NCBI GenBank assembly: GCA_038823825.1 | Contig: JAWBCC010000005.1 | Span: forward strand, 14,691-46,690 | DNA from: Candidatus Hadarchaeales archaeon | GTDB lineage: Archaea; Hadarchaeota; Hadarchaeia; Hadarchaeales; Hadarchaeaceae | Direction of reading: 5' to 3' | Length of the DNA: 32,000 nt | Shown: positions 8,875 to 18,544 of the stretch, one piece after another | Numbering within the stretch: the stretch's first letter is position 1 | Layout: each line of letters opens with the position of its first letter | The notes under the pieces: generated by a model | Databases searched by the model: none | What the model was told of the DNA's origin: nothing | Seen by the model: the letters and a program-made list of their open reading frames with translations, nothing else | Made by a program: the position numbers and the translations under genes

Positions 8875-9882
8875 TTATTTTATTCTAAAGTCGTAGTAAT
8901 CTTCCACTCTCACTATGTCTTCCGGATGATGAGTAGACGATTCATGTAAAATCAAGTTTGAAACCGCCAAGAATGAGTGAACGGTGCCTGGTCTCAAATG
9001 AATTTTCTGTCCGGGCAAAAGGGGCTTTTTAGAGTTTCCCTTCATGACTACCCACCCTCTTCCTGAGATAACCTTGAGCACCTCGTCCCTTTTTTCGTGA
9101 TAGTGCATGGATGTTCTGTAACCTGCCATTATATAGAGAATTTTTTCCATTCTGCCCTCTTTGACTCCTAAGATTTTCTCATAGCCCCAAGGTTTGTCTA
9201 TCCTGTTTTGGTATTCGAGCTTCGCGGTTTCCAAGTCTTTCTCGGTATCCACAGAAATCCAGAACGGTATGTCTTCTTTGTAGTAGCCGAGCTTTCCTTT
9301 TCTGGCTAACTCTGGAAAAGCGGTTCTTTCGATATCCCCAACCATATACTTCTGAAGTATTGGGAGAATTCTCTTAGACATACAGTAAAATCCCCCATTT
9401 ATGAAATGATTTAAAACCGGTTTTTCCTCAAAACCTATGATTTTTCCACCTTTGAGATTCAGTATCCCGTACGGACTGCGCATCCTAACTGCGAAAATCG
9501 ATGCCAAGGTTCCCGACTTTTTCCACTTCTCGTACATTCTTTTGATGTTCAGATCTGCTATCACATCACCGTTGCTAATAACAGCGTCCTCTCTGGCGGT
9601 CTCCATTCCAAGCCTTATCGCATTTAGAGTCCCCATCGGTGTTTTCTCCTGCACATATTCTATTTCAACACCCATGTGCCTCTCGCCGAATTTTTTGCGT
9701 ATTTTCTCCCCCAAGTGGGCTGTCAAGAGAATAACACGGTTTATGCCCGCACTTTTATACTGGAAAAGCTGCCTTTCCAGAATTGTGTATCCTGGCTTTA
9801 GCTCAAACAGGACTTTAGGGACGGTTTCGGTCGCAGGTCTGAGTCTCTTGCCCAAGCCTCCACAAAGAATCATTCCAATCAA
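8875..9882 (-). CDS. sugar nucleotidyltransferase with C-terminal cupin domain
   Basis: MIGMILCGGLGKRLRPATETVPKVLFEL + RPWGYEKILGVKEGRMEKILYIMAGYRTSMHYHEKRDEVLKVISGRG..PGTVHSF. Confidence 0.9.
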   Translation of the reverse strand: MIGMILCGGLGKRLRPATETVPKVLFELKPGYTILERQLFQYKSAGINRVILLTAHLGEKIRKKFGERHMGVEIEYVQEKTPMGTLNAIRLGMETAREDAVISNGDVIADLNIKRMYEKWKKSGTLASIFAVRMRSPYGILNLKGGKIIGFEEKPVLNHFINGGFYCMSKRILPILQKYMVGDIERTAFPELARKGKLGYYKEDIPFWISVDTEKDLETAKLEYQNRIDKPWGYEKILGVKEGRMEKILYIMAGYRTSMHYHEKRDEVLKVISGRGWVVMKGNSKKPLLPGQKIHLRPGTVHSFLAVSNLILHESSTHHPEDIVRVEDYYDFRIK

Positions 9883-9896
9883 GCTCTTAGCACCTC

Positions 9897-10946
9897 CTAC
9901 ACTTTGCCTTGCTTTTTAATTTGCTTTCGTCTGTTTTCCATTTTCAGCCTTATACCCATATAACTAAGAACACATGCACCTATCGCAGAGCCAATAACGA
10001 GGATTATCAAACGGTCAAAGATTGTCGCCAAACCGGCCTTGGCGATGGGAACTTTGGTTAAGACGAACACGGAGAAATATGTGACCTCCACGAGACCGAG
10101 ACCGCCGGGAAGAAATGGGACCAAGCCGGCGAGTGGAGGAACTGTAAGCCCCAAAAGAAGGGTGATTATGGTAGGCGTATATCCCACACTTCTGAAGACA
10201 AGATAGAGCCGACAAAGGTTTAAAATCCAGAAAGTTAGGGAGAGAAAGAAAATTTTCGCAGCCGTACGCCAATTACTGAATACCTTTTGACCAGCATCGT
10301 AAAACTTTTTGACATCATGCTTTGATTTGCTTTTACTTCTGTGAAAAATCTTTGAGATCAAGGTGGGGAAGAATTTGCTGAGAAATTTTTCCCCGATTCT
10401 GCGCGGAAAGAAGTAAACCATCGCCAAAACTAAGGTTATAATAGAAGTCGACCAGGCAGCAATTATTGCGAGTCTCCAGCTAATGATTTCGAAAAGAGCG
10501 AGCAAAAGTCCAAGCATGAAGAATGAAGCGGAAATCGTAAGCTCGACTACATATTCTGAAACCGTTGCTGCTAAACTGTGTGAGATTGGTATGTCCTCGC
10601 GTTTCCTCATGAGATAACTCCGCACTATCGGATCTCCAGCAACATAGGAAAGCGGAGTGATATTTGTTATAAATATGCTACCCAGGATTACCTGCCACGT
10701 CTTTAAAACGCTTATTCTCACGCCTGAAGCTGAAAGAGACACCTTCCATCTGAGAGATATTATGAATGTTCCAAGAAGATAGACTCCTATTGCTCCAAGA
10801 AAAAACACCAAGTTCAGGGTTGGAAGTGCCTCGGTTATTTTCCTGAAATCTACGGCGCTTGCCAAAAACCTGAAAAAAAAGAAACCCAAAATAATCGCCA
10901 CAACTAACCATAGGGCCGTCCTACTACCTTTCAAGGTCTCCCTCAA
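9897..10946 (-). CDS. lysylphosphatidylglycerol synthetase-like/UPF0104 integral membrane protein
   Basis: Multi-TM protein with SLRWKVSLSASGVRISVLKTWQVILGSIFITNITPLSYVAGDPIVRSYLMRK and PFLPGGLGLVEVTYFSVF motifs. Confidence 0.8.
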   Translation of the reverse strand: MRETLKGSRTALWLVVAIILGFFFFRFLASAVDFRKITEALPTLNLVFFLGAIGVYLLGTFIISLRWKVSLSASGVRISVLKTWQVILGSIFITNITPLSYVAGDPIVRSYLMRKREDIPISHSLAATVSEYVVELTISASFFMLGLLLALFEIISWRLAIIAAWSTSIITLVLAMVYFFPRRIGEKFLSKFFPTLISKIFHRSKSKSKHDVKKFYDAGQKVFSNWRTAAKIFFLSLTFWILNLCRLYLVFRSVGYTPTIITLLLGLTVPPLAGLVPFLPGGLGLVEVTYFSVFVLTKVPIAKAGLATIFDRLIILVIGSAIGACVLSYMGIRLKMENRRKQIKKQGKV

Positions 10947-10981
10947 ATACTTTTCACTAAAGTTTTTTGAGCTTTTTTAAG

Positions 10982-11056
10982 AGCCGCCGGTGGGATTTGA
11001 ACCCACGATCTACCGCTTACGAGGCGGTCGCTGTAACCAGGCTCAGCTACGGCGGC
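10982..11056 (-). tRNA. tRNA-Thr (CGT)
   Basis: Minus strand GCCGCCGTAGCTGAGCCTGGTTACAGCGACCGCCTCGTAAGCGGTAGATCGTGGGTTCAAATCCCACCGGCGGCT; anticodon CGT, U73. Confidence 0.93.
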
Positions 11057-11133
11057 TCCGATTCTATTTTACTTGTAGTTCTGAAATATATCTTGCCCTA
11101 CTTTTTATTAGAGAAAACCGAAAGAAAAAGAAG

Positions 11134-11676
11134 ATGAGAGAAGAGACGAAAAAACAACTCGTTTGGCTCTTTGTAATCGCTTTCTGGACGCTGGGGTTTT
11201 TCTTTTCTAGATGGAGTAATCCTCCTGCTTTCGCCAAGGAAATCGGGAGATCCATCAGTGTACCACTTTCTGGAGATGCCTGGCTTCCGCTCGTCTACTT
11301 TCCCCTGACGGTCGTGGCATCATTTGTTCTCGCACAGCTGTTTTTCGGCGGCGGCATTATTTTCATGTTTTTCCGAGGGGTTTGGGATTCCACCGTGTTT
11401 TCTCGGTTAGAAGCTATTGTGGCGGAAACAAACCTCATATCTATCCAGTATGGCCAACTGTGGACGATGTTTTACTATCTCATGATTTTGGGATGCAATT
11501 TGCCGCTGTGTCTCTGGGCCGCACAACTTGGCGCTTCTCAATCCTTGAAAGTCTTAGAAAGGTTGCAGGGAAAGCTTGTGAGACCATCAGAAGAAGTTCG
11601 ATGGAAAATGCTCATGCTAATCATTGCTTCCATCGTACTTGCAATTCCATCTTCCTTGGCTATTTCATATGCGTGA
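11134..11676 (+). CDS. integral membrane protein, possibly SpoIIM-like
   Basis: ATG at 11134; MREETKKQLVWLFVIAFWTLGFFFSRWSNPP.. with several TM segments. The track's 10990 start runs through the antisense of tRNA-Thr and is rejected. Confidence 0.65.
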   Translation: MREETKKQLVWLFVIAFWTLGFFFSRWSNPPAFAKEIGRSISVPLSGDAWLPLVYFPLTVVASFVLAQLFFGGGIIFMFFRGVWDSTVFSRLEAIVAETNLISIQYGQLWTMFYYLMILGCNLPLCLWAAQLGASQSLKVLERLQGKLVRPSEEVRWKMLMLIIASIVLAIPSSLAISYA

Positions 11677-11787
11677 CCCAGGGCCGAAGAAAAATTTAGT
11701 TATATATTTTGAAGCTCGTGCGTAAAGCTTTTAAATCGTCCGGTTTTCTTTATTCAAATGGATAACTTGGTAATGAGGTGGAAGTAG

Positions 11788-13428
11788 ATGGCTAGCCAGC
11801 TTGCTGGAACTCCAATCCTGATCTTGCCTGAGAAAGTTCAGAGATACATAGGTAGAGATGCTCAAAGGATGAACATAATGGCGGCCAGAGTCATTGCGGA
11901 GGCTGTCAGAACCACCTTGGGTCCAAGAGGGATGGATAAGATGCTTGTTGACAACCTCGGGGATGTCACAATCACAAACGATGGGGTAACCATTTTGGAT
12001 GAGATGGACGTAGAACATCCGGCTGCGAAGATGATGGTTGAGGCCTCCAAAACACAAGAAAATGAGGTCGGGGATGGAACTACCACGGTTGTAATTCTGG
12101 CTGGCGAACTTTTGAAGAGAGCAGAAGAACTACTCGATCAGAACTTCCATCCAAGCGTTATAATTTCCGGATACAGGAAAGCGGCCGAATATGCATGCAA
12201 GGTGCTAGAGAAAATAGCCAAACCCGTGACGAAAGACGATGATGAGACGCTCAAGAAAATTGCTCTAACGGCACTGAGCAGCAAGGGGACCGAGGCTAAA
12301 GGAGAAAAGCTCGCCGATCTGTGTGTGAAAGCTGTGAAACAGATTGTCGAGGAGGCAAACGGAAAGATTGAGGCCGACATAGATAATATAAAAGTCGAAA
12401 AGAAAACCGGTGGGAGTTCCGCAGATTCTCAGCTCATAACCGGAATCATTCTTGACAAGGAAGTTGTGCATCCCGGTATGCCAAAGAGAATAGAAAAAGC
12501 TAAAATCGCTCTGTTAAACCTTGCGCTGGAGGTTAAAGAAACAGAAACTGATGCGAAAATAAACATAACTTCGCCTGAGCAACTGAAAAGCTTCATGGAA
12601 GAGGAAAGACGCATGTTGAAGGATATGGTTGACAAGATAAAATCCGTAGGTGCAAACGTTGTGTTCTGTCAGAAGGGAATTGATGATGTCGCGCAACACT
12701 ATCTCGCGAAGGCCAAAATATTGGCCGTTAGAAGGGTAAAGGAATCTGACATGGAAAAGCTCGCAAGAGCAACTGGTGGAAAAATTGTAACAAATATAAA
12801 GGATCTTACCCCGGCCGATCTGGGCGAAGCTGAACTTGTTGAGGAGCGAAAGATTGCTGGAGAAGACATGGTGTTTATCGAAGGATGTAAGAATCCGAGA
12901 TCTGTGAGTATCCTGGTCAGGGGCGGCACGGAACACGTTGTTGACGAAATCGAAAGAGCCGTGCACGATGCTTTGTCTGTGATTTCCGCATCGATTGAGG
13001 ATGGGAAAATAGTGGGTGGAGGTGGAGCTCCAGAAGTAGAGGTTGCCAAAGAACTTAGAAAGTTTGCTGACACCGTGGGGGGAAGAGAAGCGATAGCAAT
13101 CAATGCTTTTGCAGATTCACTTGAGATCGTGCCAAAAACGTTGGCGGAGAACGCGGGGATGGATCCGATTGACATTCTAGTCAAACTGCGTGCTGCACAT
13201 GAAAAGCCAAACGGAGAGGTCATGGGACTGAATGTCTTCACAGGAGAGATCGTAGACACTGTGAAAGCTGGGATAATTGAGCCAATTAGAGTAAAAGTGC
13301 AGGCGATCAAATCGGCTACTGAAGTTTCCGAGATGATTTTGAGAATCGATGACGTGATTGCTGCCGTAAAACTTGAAAAGGAAGAAAAGGAGAAAAAAGA
13401 AACAAAGCCACCTACTCCAGAATTCTAA
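11788..13428 (+). CDS. thermosome subunit (group II chaperonin)
   Basis: [91 protein letters not shown]. Confidence 0.98.
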   Translation: MASQLAGTPILILPEKVQRYIGRDAQRMNIMAARVIAEAVRTTLGPRGMDKMLVDNLGDVTITNDGVTILDEMDVEHPAAKMMVEASKTQENEVGDGTTTVVILAGELLKRAEELLDQNFHPSVIISGYRKAAEYACKVLEKIAKPVTKDDDETLKKIALTALSSKGTEAKGEKLADLCVKAVKQIVEEANGKIEADIDNIKVEKKTGGSSADSQLITGIILDKEVVHPGMPKRIEKAKIALLNLALEVKETETDAKINITSPEQLKSFMEEERRMLKDMVDKIKSVGANVVFCQKGIDDVAQHYLAKAKILAVRRVKESDMEKLARATGGKIVTNIKDLTPADLGEAELVEERKIAGEDMVFIEGCKNPRSVSILVRGGTEHVVDEIERAVHDALSVISASIEDGKIVGGGGAPEVEVAKELRKFADTVGGREAIAINAFADSLEIVPKTLAENAGMDPIDILVKLRAAHEKPNGEVMGLNVFTGEIVDTVKAGIIEPIRVKVQAIKSATEVSEMILRIDDVIAAVKLEKEEKEKKETKPPTPEF

Positions 13429-13447
13429 ACTAAAAGGGGGTCACAAT

Positions 13448-13651
13448 ATTTTTCCAGAAAAATACACGAGATATGAAAAAGCCAGAATAATCGGCGCCCG
13501 AGCTCTTCAGATTTCCTTAGGTGCACCGATTTTGATCAACCCTCCAAAAGGAATAACAGATCCTGTGGAGATAGCTCTCTACGAATTCGAGCAAGGGGTT
13601 ATACCCATAACGGTTATTAGAAGATTACCCGACGAGAGAATTCGCACATAA
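13448..13651 (+). CDS. rpoK: DNA-directed RNA polymerase subunit K (RpoK/Rpb6-like)
   Basis: [58 protein letters not shown]. Start is uncertain: no ATG/GTG/TTG at the expected N-terminus; an ATT at 13448 follows AAAAGGGGG. Confidence 0.88.
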   Translation: MFPEKYTRYEKARIIGARALQISLGAPILINPPKGITDPVEIALYEFEQGVIPITVIRRLPDERIRT

Positions 13652-13692
13652 GCAGCAAACTAAAAAGTTAGACTCGTGATATTTTTTCTGAG

Positions 13693-14721
13693 ATGGGGGT
13701 CCAGATTTCAGACATCGTCCCGGCAGATGAAGTACTCCTCGAGGAGCTTAGAGGGAAAACTATTGCTATAGATGCGATGAATTTTCTCTATCAATTTCTC
13801 TCAATAATCAGGCAGAGAGACGGAGAGCTTCTAAGAGACTCCAAGGGAAGGATAACCTCTCATCTCTCCGGACTTTTTTACAGAACAGCAAACTTCATCG
13901 AGCTTGGAATAAAACCGATTTATGTATTTGATGGTGCTCCACCAATTCTGAAACTCAAAACCGTTGAAGAGAGAAAAATGGCAAGAATCGATGCTGAAAG
14001 GGAATGGAAAAAAGCCCTTGAAGAAGGTCGGATAGAAGAGGCAAGAAAATTCGCACAGCGGGCGGGAAGGGTCGATGAAGAAATGATTAGGCAGGCAAAA
14101 ACGTTGCTTGATTACATGGGCGTACCTTGGGTTCAAGCTCCGGGCGAGGGTGAAGCTCAAGCAGCCCGGATAGTTCAAAGGGGAGATGCTTGGGCGGTTG
14201 GTAGTCAAGATTACGATGCTCTTCTGTTTGGGGCACCGAGACTCGTGAGAAATCTAGCAATAACCGGAAAGAGAAAGCTGCCTGGGAAGGATGTTTACAT
14301 CGACGTAAAGCCTGAGATAGTAGAGCTTGAGAGAACTCTTAAAACATTGGGGATAACGAGAGAGCAACTTGTTGGAATAGGGATTTTAGTTGGAACCGAT
14401 TACAATGAGGGAATAAAAGGCATAGGACCGAAAAAAGCACTTGCGCTCGTCAAGCAGTACGCTTCTTTAAGTGAACTTTTGCAAACCGAGTTTGCTGAGA
14501 AGTTTGAGGTAGATCCATTCAAGGTGGCTGAAATATTTCTCAAGCCGGAGGTTACAGACGACTACGAAATCAGAGAAAAAAAACCAAATCCAGATAAGAT
14601 AAAAGAGTTCCTCTGCGAGGAGCATGACTTCTCGGAAGATCGAGTAGAAAAGGGTATAGAGAAAATCACAAAAGGTTTGGAGAAATCCACGCAAACTTCG
14701 TTAGAACGCTGGTTCTCATAG
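13693..14721 (+). CDS. fen: flap endonuclease 1
   Basis: MGVQISDIV..LRGKTIAIDAMNFLYQFLSIIRQ..YVFDGAPP..APGEGEAQAA..SQDYDALLFG..LVGTDYN-GIKGIGPKKAL; C-terminal PIP-box-like QTSLERWF. Confidence 0.97.
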   Translation: MGVQISDIVPADEVLLEELRGKTIAIDAMNFLYQFLSIIRQRDGELLRDSKGRITSHLSGLFYRTANFIELGIKPIYVFDGAPPILKLKTVEERKMARIDAEREWKKALEEGRIEEARKFAQRAGRVDEEMIRQAKTLLDYMGVPWVQAPGEGEAQAARIVQRGDAWAVGSQDYDALLFGAPRLVRNLAITGKRKLPGKDVYIDVKPEIVELERTLKTLGITREQLVGIGILVGTDYNEGIKGIGPKKALALVKQYASLSELLQTEFAEKFEVDPFKVAEIFLKPEVTDDYEIREKKPNPDKIKEFLCEEHDFSEDRVEKGIEKITKGLEKSTQTSLERWFS

Positions 14722-15378
14722 CCGTTCCTTCCATCCATATTCGCCTATTAGCGGGACAAACGCACATCCTCCATATTCTTCTGTTTTCAATTTTCCGTTT
14801 TTCTTTTCAAGAACTGTCCAAGTCTGAAACATCTCGTGTCTGCCTAGCGGAAGTCCCATTTTCCCGCCCTTTGCTAGTTGTTCTATGAGGGGACGTGGAG
14901 GCTCTGGAGCACAAGCCGTTACGAGTATTCTATCCCATGGAGCTTCCTTCGCGTAACCGAGAGTTCCATCACCGAGGACGATTGAAACATGAGCGTAACC
15001 TGTGCGTTTGAGGTTATCCTTCGCGAAATTGGCGAGTTCTGGTATTCTTTCGATGGAAACAACTCTCCCGTTTTTTCCAACGACCTCCGCCAGCAGAGCT
15101 GCGTTGTAACCTGAGCCCGCGCCTATTTCGAGCACTTTCTGGTTTGGCTTAAGGTCAAGCGTTTCCATCATTATCGCAATCATGCTTGGAGCGGAGATTG
15201 TCTGCCCGTACCCGATCGGTAATGGTTGATCGGAGTATGCGTATTCGCGCAGTTCTTCTGGCACGAATTCGTGTCTCGGAACTTTGCGGAAAGCCTCGAT
15301 TATCTTTGGAGTCTTTAGATATCCAAGTGAGATGAGGGTTTTGACAAGTCTCTCCCTTTCGTTCTCAAAATCAAGCAT
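14716..15378 (-). CDS. pcm: protein-L-isoaspartate O-methyltransferase
   Basis: FVPEELREYAYSDQPLPIGYGQTISAPSMIAIMMETLDLKPNQKVLEIGAGSGYNAALLAEVVG. Confidence 0.96.
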   Translation of the reverse strand: MLDFENERERLVKTLISLGYLKTPKIIEAFRKVPRHEFVPEELREYAYSDQPLPIGYGQTISAPSMIAIMMETLDLKPNQKVLEIGAGSGYNAALLAEVVGKNGRVVSIERIPELANFAKDNLKRTGYAHVSIVLGDGTLGYAKEAPWDRILVTACAPEPPRPLIEQLAKGGKMGLPLGRHEMFQTWTVLEKKNGKLKTEEYGGCAFVPLIGEYGWKERL

Positions 15379-15422
15379 TCAATAGTTAAATCTCCCTTCT
15401 CCTCTAAAAAATTTGAAGTCTG

Positions 15423-15836
15423 ATGAAATGGATAATCCGCGCTAGAGGTCATCCAAACATTACGGCAAAACATCCAACAACGTTCATGTTGACGATGGAG
15501 AAGGAGATCGGTCCGCGTGCGGATTGTGTTGTTGGAGTGCAAGCTGAGACCGGAGCAGCTGGACTTGACCAAAATTTGAAGAAACTCTTGAAATCCGGAG
15601 CTACCGTCAAGCTCTTGATCTCCTGTGGGGGGGTTCGTGAGGAAGTCTTGGCTAAAGGGCATCCCTCCCTCTCTTTCGACCATCCAACCGATATCGTCGT
15701 CAGAAAAAGTTCGTACACATGCGGGCGGACTATTGCTATCTTGGCGGACAAGGGGGCAGCGGATTTTTCCAGAGAACTTGTCGAAAAACTGCAACATCCA
15801 AACGAAGTTTTGCTGACGATAGAAATCTTACTTTAG
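15423..15836 (+). CDS. DUF371 family protein
   Basis: RARGHPNITAKHPTTFMLTMEKEIGPRADCVVGVQAETG..GHPSLSFDHPTDIVVRKSSYTCGRTIAILADKGA. Confidence 0.85.
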   Translation: MKWIIRARGHPNITAKHPTTFMLTMEKEIGPRADCVVGVQAETGAAGLDQNLKKLLKSGATVKLLISCGGVREEVLAKGHPSLSFDHPTDIVVRKSSYTCGRTIAILADKGAADFSRELVEKLQHPNEVLLTIEILL

Positions 15837-16001
15837 TTCCAGGATTTCTAAGAGGTCCTCTGGCAAAAGATAGGGAATACCATCGATTATGGGATACTTA
15901 CGGCCACATTTCTTACAGATCAGATTATTTTTCCTCTTCTGCAGATCTCCCTTGCAAACGGGGCAAACGATTATCTCTAGAATTTTTCGATCCAATTTCA
16001 C
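15828..16001 (-). CDS. Trm112-like small zinc protein
   Basis: VKLDRKILEIIVCPVCKGDLQKRKNNLICKKCGRKYPIIDGIPYLLPEDL; GTG at 16001 preceded by GGAGAG; the track ORF starts further upstream (16127). Confidence 0.8.
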   Translation of the reverse strand: MKLDRKILEIIVCPVCKGDLQKRKNNLICKKCGRKYPIIDGIPYLLPEDLLEILELK

Positions 16002-16005
16002 AAAC

Positions 16006-16662
16006 TTACATCTCTCCTGGTTCAAATATCTTTTTTCCCAAATTTGTCTTCGCGAGGAATTTGACCGCCAGATATCCGGCAAGAGAGTAACCCATTCCCC
16101 CCACAATATCCTGCCAGTAGTGCTCACCTAGATATATCGTTGAGAATGTCAGAAGAATAAACACGATGACCCAAACTGCAAAAATTCTCCTTCCGTATGA
16201 TCTGACAAAAAGAGTTGCTGAGAGAGAGTTTGCCACGTGTAGGCTGGGAAACGCTCCATAAGGATATGGGTTGGCGACCTCGCTTATGCCAAACATTTCG
16301 CGTCTGACATCTCTCACACCGTTTACTGCCATCCTCGGAGGTGCAACAGGAAACAACCACCAAGTTAGCATGGAGATCGACTGTACAAAAATAAAAACCG
16401 CCAAATATCTTTCTAGTCTTGGTGCATCCCTCTTCAGAAAAATGTAAATTCCGGTTCCGTATATCATCATAATGTATCCGAGAGAATAGACCAGAAGCAT
16501 AAAGATGTCAAAGTAACGGGAGGATAGGCGATCTTGGAGAAAAAGGACATCTTCGCCGCCGAAAGAATGCGGGTTGACTGGAGAAGGAAGCATTCGTGGG
16601 ACGATTTCATAAATGGCGGTTGCTATGGCTAGAAGAAGCAGTAGCTTCAGGATTTTTCTCAT
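16006..16662 (-). CDS. PAP2-superfamily membrane phosphatase/phosphotransferase
   Basis: Multi-TM protein with YPYGAFPSLHVANSLSATLFVR and STIYLGEHYWQDIVGGMGYS. Confidence 0.85.
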   Translation of the reverse strand: MRKILKLLLLLAIATAIYEIVPRMLPSPVNPHSFGGEDVLFLQDRLSSRYFDIFMLLVYSLGYIMMIYGTGIYIFLKRDAPRLERYLAVFIFVQSISMLTWWLFPVAPPRMAVNGVRDVRREMFGISEVANPYPYGAFPSLHVANSLSATLFVRSYGRRIFAVWVIVFILLTFSTIYLGEHYWQDIVGGMGYSLAGYLAVKFLAKTNLGKKIFEPGEM

Positions 16663-16721
16663 GGAGGATACCTCAAAAACTTTGATGCTCGGAGTTTTAA
16701 GTTCTAGTGTAGATTTGCAGC

Positions 16722-17477
16722 TTGATGAAAAGCGGATACGTTGGGGAGATTTTCAGCTCCATACAAGGGGAAGGTCTATATGTTGGAAGAAGGCAGGTTT
16801 TCGTTAGGTTTGCCGGGTGTAATCTTTCATGCGTCTACTGTGACACCGTTAAGTTCAGAAAACCGGCGAAATATTGTAGGATAGAAAAAGCCGGAAAATC
16901 GGAAATCCGCAAAAATCCGATGAAATCGGTGGAAATTTTTGAGGAGGTGCTCAGACTTGCAACACCTGACATCCACTCCGTGTCCCTGACTGGCGGGGAG
17001 CCTCTTATGGCGGCAGAGCTGGCGGGAGAAGTTGCCAAACTCTGCAAGAAGGCCTCTTTGCCGGTTTATCTGGAAACCAACGGAAGTGTGCCTGAGGCAA
17101 TGAAAAAAATCGTGAAGTTTATAGACTACGCCTCCATCGACGTAAAGTTGCCAGAACACAAATCTGTTAAACCTGGAGAATGGGAATCCCTCTTCAAAAA
17201 AGAACTCTCCTGTGTGAGGATCGCCAGAAAAAAAGCTGAAACTTTTGTGAAAATTGTGGTTCTGCCAAACACAAAAGAAACTACGATTTTTTCGGTTTGC
17301 AAAGAAATCGCAAATCTGGATGTTCCCGTGGTCATACAGCCGGTCACACCTGTTGGGGAAATCAAAGAATTTCCGAGAAGAGAATTCCTCTTGAAGCTGT
17401 CTGAGGCAGCCGCCCTCGCCGGGGTTAAAGATGTCGCTATAATTCCGCAGGTTCACAAGTTTATCGGCTTTCGCTGA
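16722..17477 (+). CDS. queE: 7-carboxy-7-deazaguanine synthase (radical SAM, QueE-like)
   Basis: YVGEIFSSIQGEGLYVGRRQVFVRFAGCNLSCVYCDT (CxxxCxxC) and VSLTGGEPLM. Confidence 0.93.
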   Translation: MMKSGYVGEIFSSIQGEGLYVGRRQVFVRFAGCNLSCVYCDTVKFRKPAKYCRIEKAGKSEIRKNPMKSVEIFEEVLRLATPDIHSVSLTGGEPLMAAELAGEVAKLCKKASLPVYLETNGSVPEAMKKIVKFIDYASIDVKLPEHKSVKPGEWESLFKKELSCVRIARKKAETFVKIVVLPNTKETTIFSVCKEIANLDVPVVIQPVTPVGEIKEFPRREFLLKLSEAAALAGVKDVAIIPQVHKFIGFR

Positions 17478-18468
17478 GACTTTCGACTCTGATTAATAGC
17501 ATGTCCTTTTCGGATCTGTTCGAAATTCTCACGGATACTCCTGCTGGAATAGGCATCATGTCTCTGCTTCTTATGAGCTGTTTTCTTTCGCCTACCTCTA
17601 CTTCCCCGATTCCGTCAAGAACAAAATAAAGTTCTTCCTTTTCGCTCTTGCGCTCCATCGTACCCCCGCTCCGCAGAATGATTAAGGTGAGTAGAAATCC
17701 CTCGACCTGACGAGAAACACAAACCATCTTCTCAAGCCTTTCCGTTATCTCTCCCTCTCTGAATATCCTTACGTAACTCCTGTGCGAGATGTCATACCAG
17801 TCGCCGGTTATAAGGAAGCCCTTCACCTTCTCTCCGCGCTCGAGAAGATGCTGGATGAAGAAACCCGGAGCGTCTCGCTTTCCGCCAGCGCAGTATTCTT
17901 TCAAAATTGGGAGTGTGTGTCTGGGGAGAACGTACATGCCAGTCCCGACGTACTTGCTTAAGGGTGGAGAGACTTTTTCTTTGAAATCATGAATATAAAA
18001 TGTTCTCGAGTGTGGTGGATACTTTTCGCAGCCGTCAAAACGAACGGTCGCCATCTCCTCCGGACGTAAATCTGGATTTTCTCCTGCGTAATATATTCCG
18101 ACGAGAGTCTCGCCGGTGAAACTCGACACGAATTCTCTCAGATCGGAAGAAAAATAGTTGTCCGCACAGAGAACTATGACGTCATCGTCTATTCCGAGCT
18201 CTGAGATAGCATTCGCCAGACCGGAAAGAGCTCCAGGTTTTTCCTCCTCTCTTGTGGCTTTTTCAACAACCACCCTCGGAAACTCCGTGAAAAAATGTTC
18301 AAATCTTTTGTTGACGGTGATTATGGGCTCTATCCCAATCGCTCTGAGTTTATCGACCAGATGACTTATCAACGTGTCCCCCTCGACGACGAGCAGGGGT
18401 TTTGGAAAAATATCTCCAAGAGGGCCCAGACGTCTGGCGAATCCGCCAGCTAGGATTATTGCTTCCAT
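17461..18468 (-). CDS. sugar nucleotidyltransferase with C-terminal cupin-like domain
   Basis: MEAIILAGGFARRLGPLGDIFPKPLLVVEG..; C-terminal LTLIILRSGGTMERKSEKEELYFVLDGIGEVEVGERKQLIRSRDMMPIPAGVSVRISN. Confidence 0.87.
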   Translation of the reverse strand: MEAIILAGGFARRLGPLGDIFPKPLLVVEGDTLISHLVDKLRAIGIEPIITVNKRFEHFFTEFPRVVVEKATREEEKPGALSGLANAISELGIDDDVIVLCADNYFSSDLREFVSSFTGETLVGIYYAGENPDLRPEEMATVRFDGCEKYPPHSRTFYIHDFKEKVSPPLSKYVGTGMYVLPRHTLPILKEYCAGGKRDAPGFFIQHLLERGEKVKGFLITGDWYDISHRSYVRIFREGEITERLEKMVCVSRQVEGFLLTLIILRSGGTMERKSEKEELYFVLDGIGEVEVGERKQLIRSRDMMPIPAGVSVRISNRSEKDMLLIRVESLSESR

Positions 18469-18544
18469 CTTTCCATATTTCTACGAAAGGTTTTATTTGC
18501 TTAACTTATAAACGTCCGAACAGCAACTTTTGGCTGGAGTCTAC

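Noticed and set aside
10990-11133. N-terminal extension of ORF 10990..11676 (MGFEPTIYRLRGGRCNQAQLRR..)
   Set aside because: It lies across the antisense of tRNA-Thr; the real protein most likely starts at ATG 11134.
12699-13310. 203-aa antisense ORF inside the thermosome gene
   Set aside because: Mirror ORF of a strongly conserved coding sequence with biased codon usage; no family resemblance.
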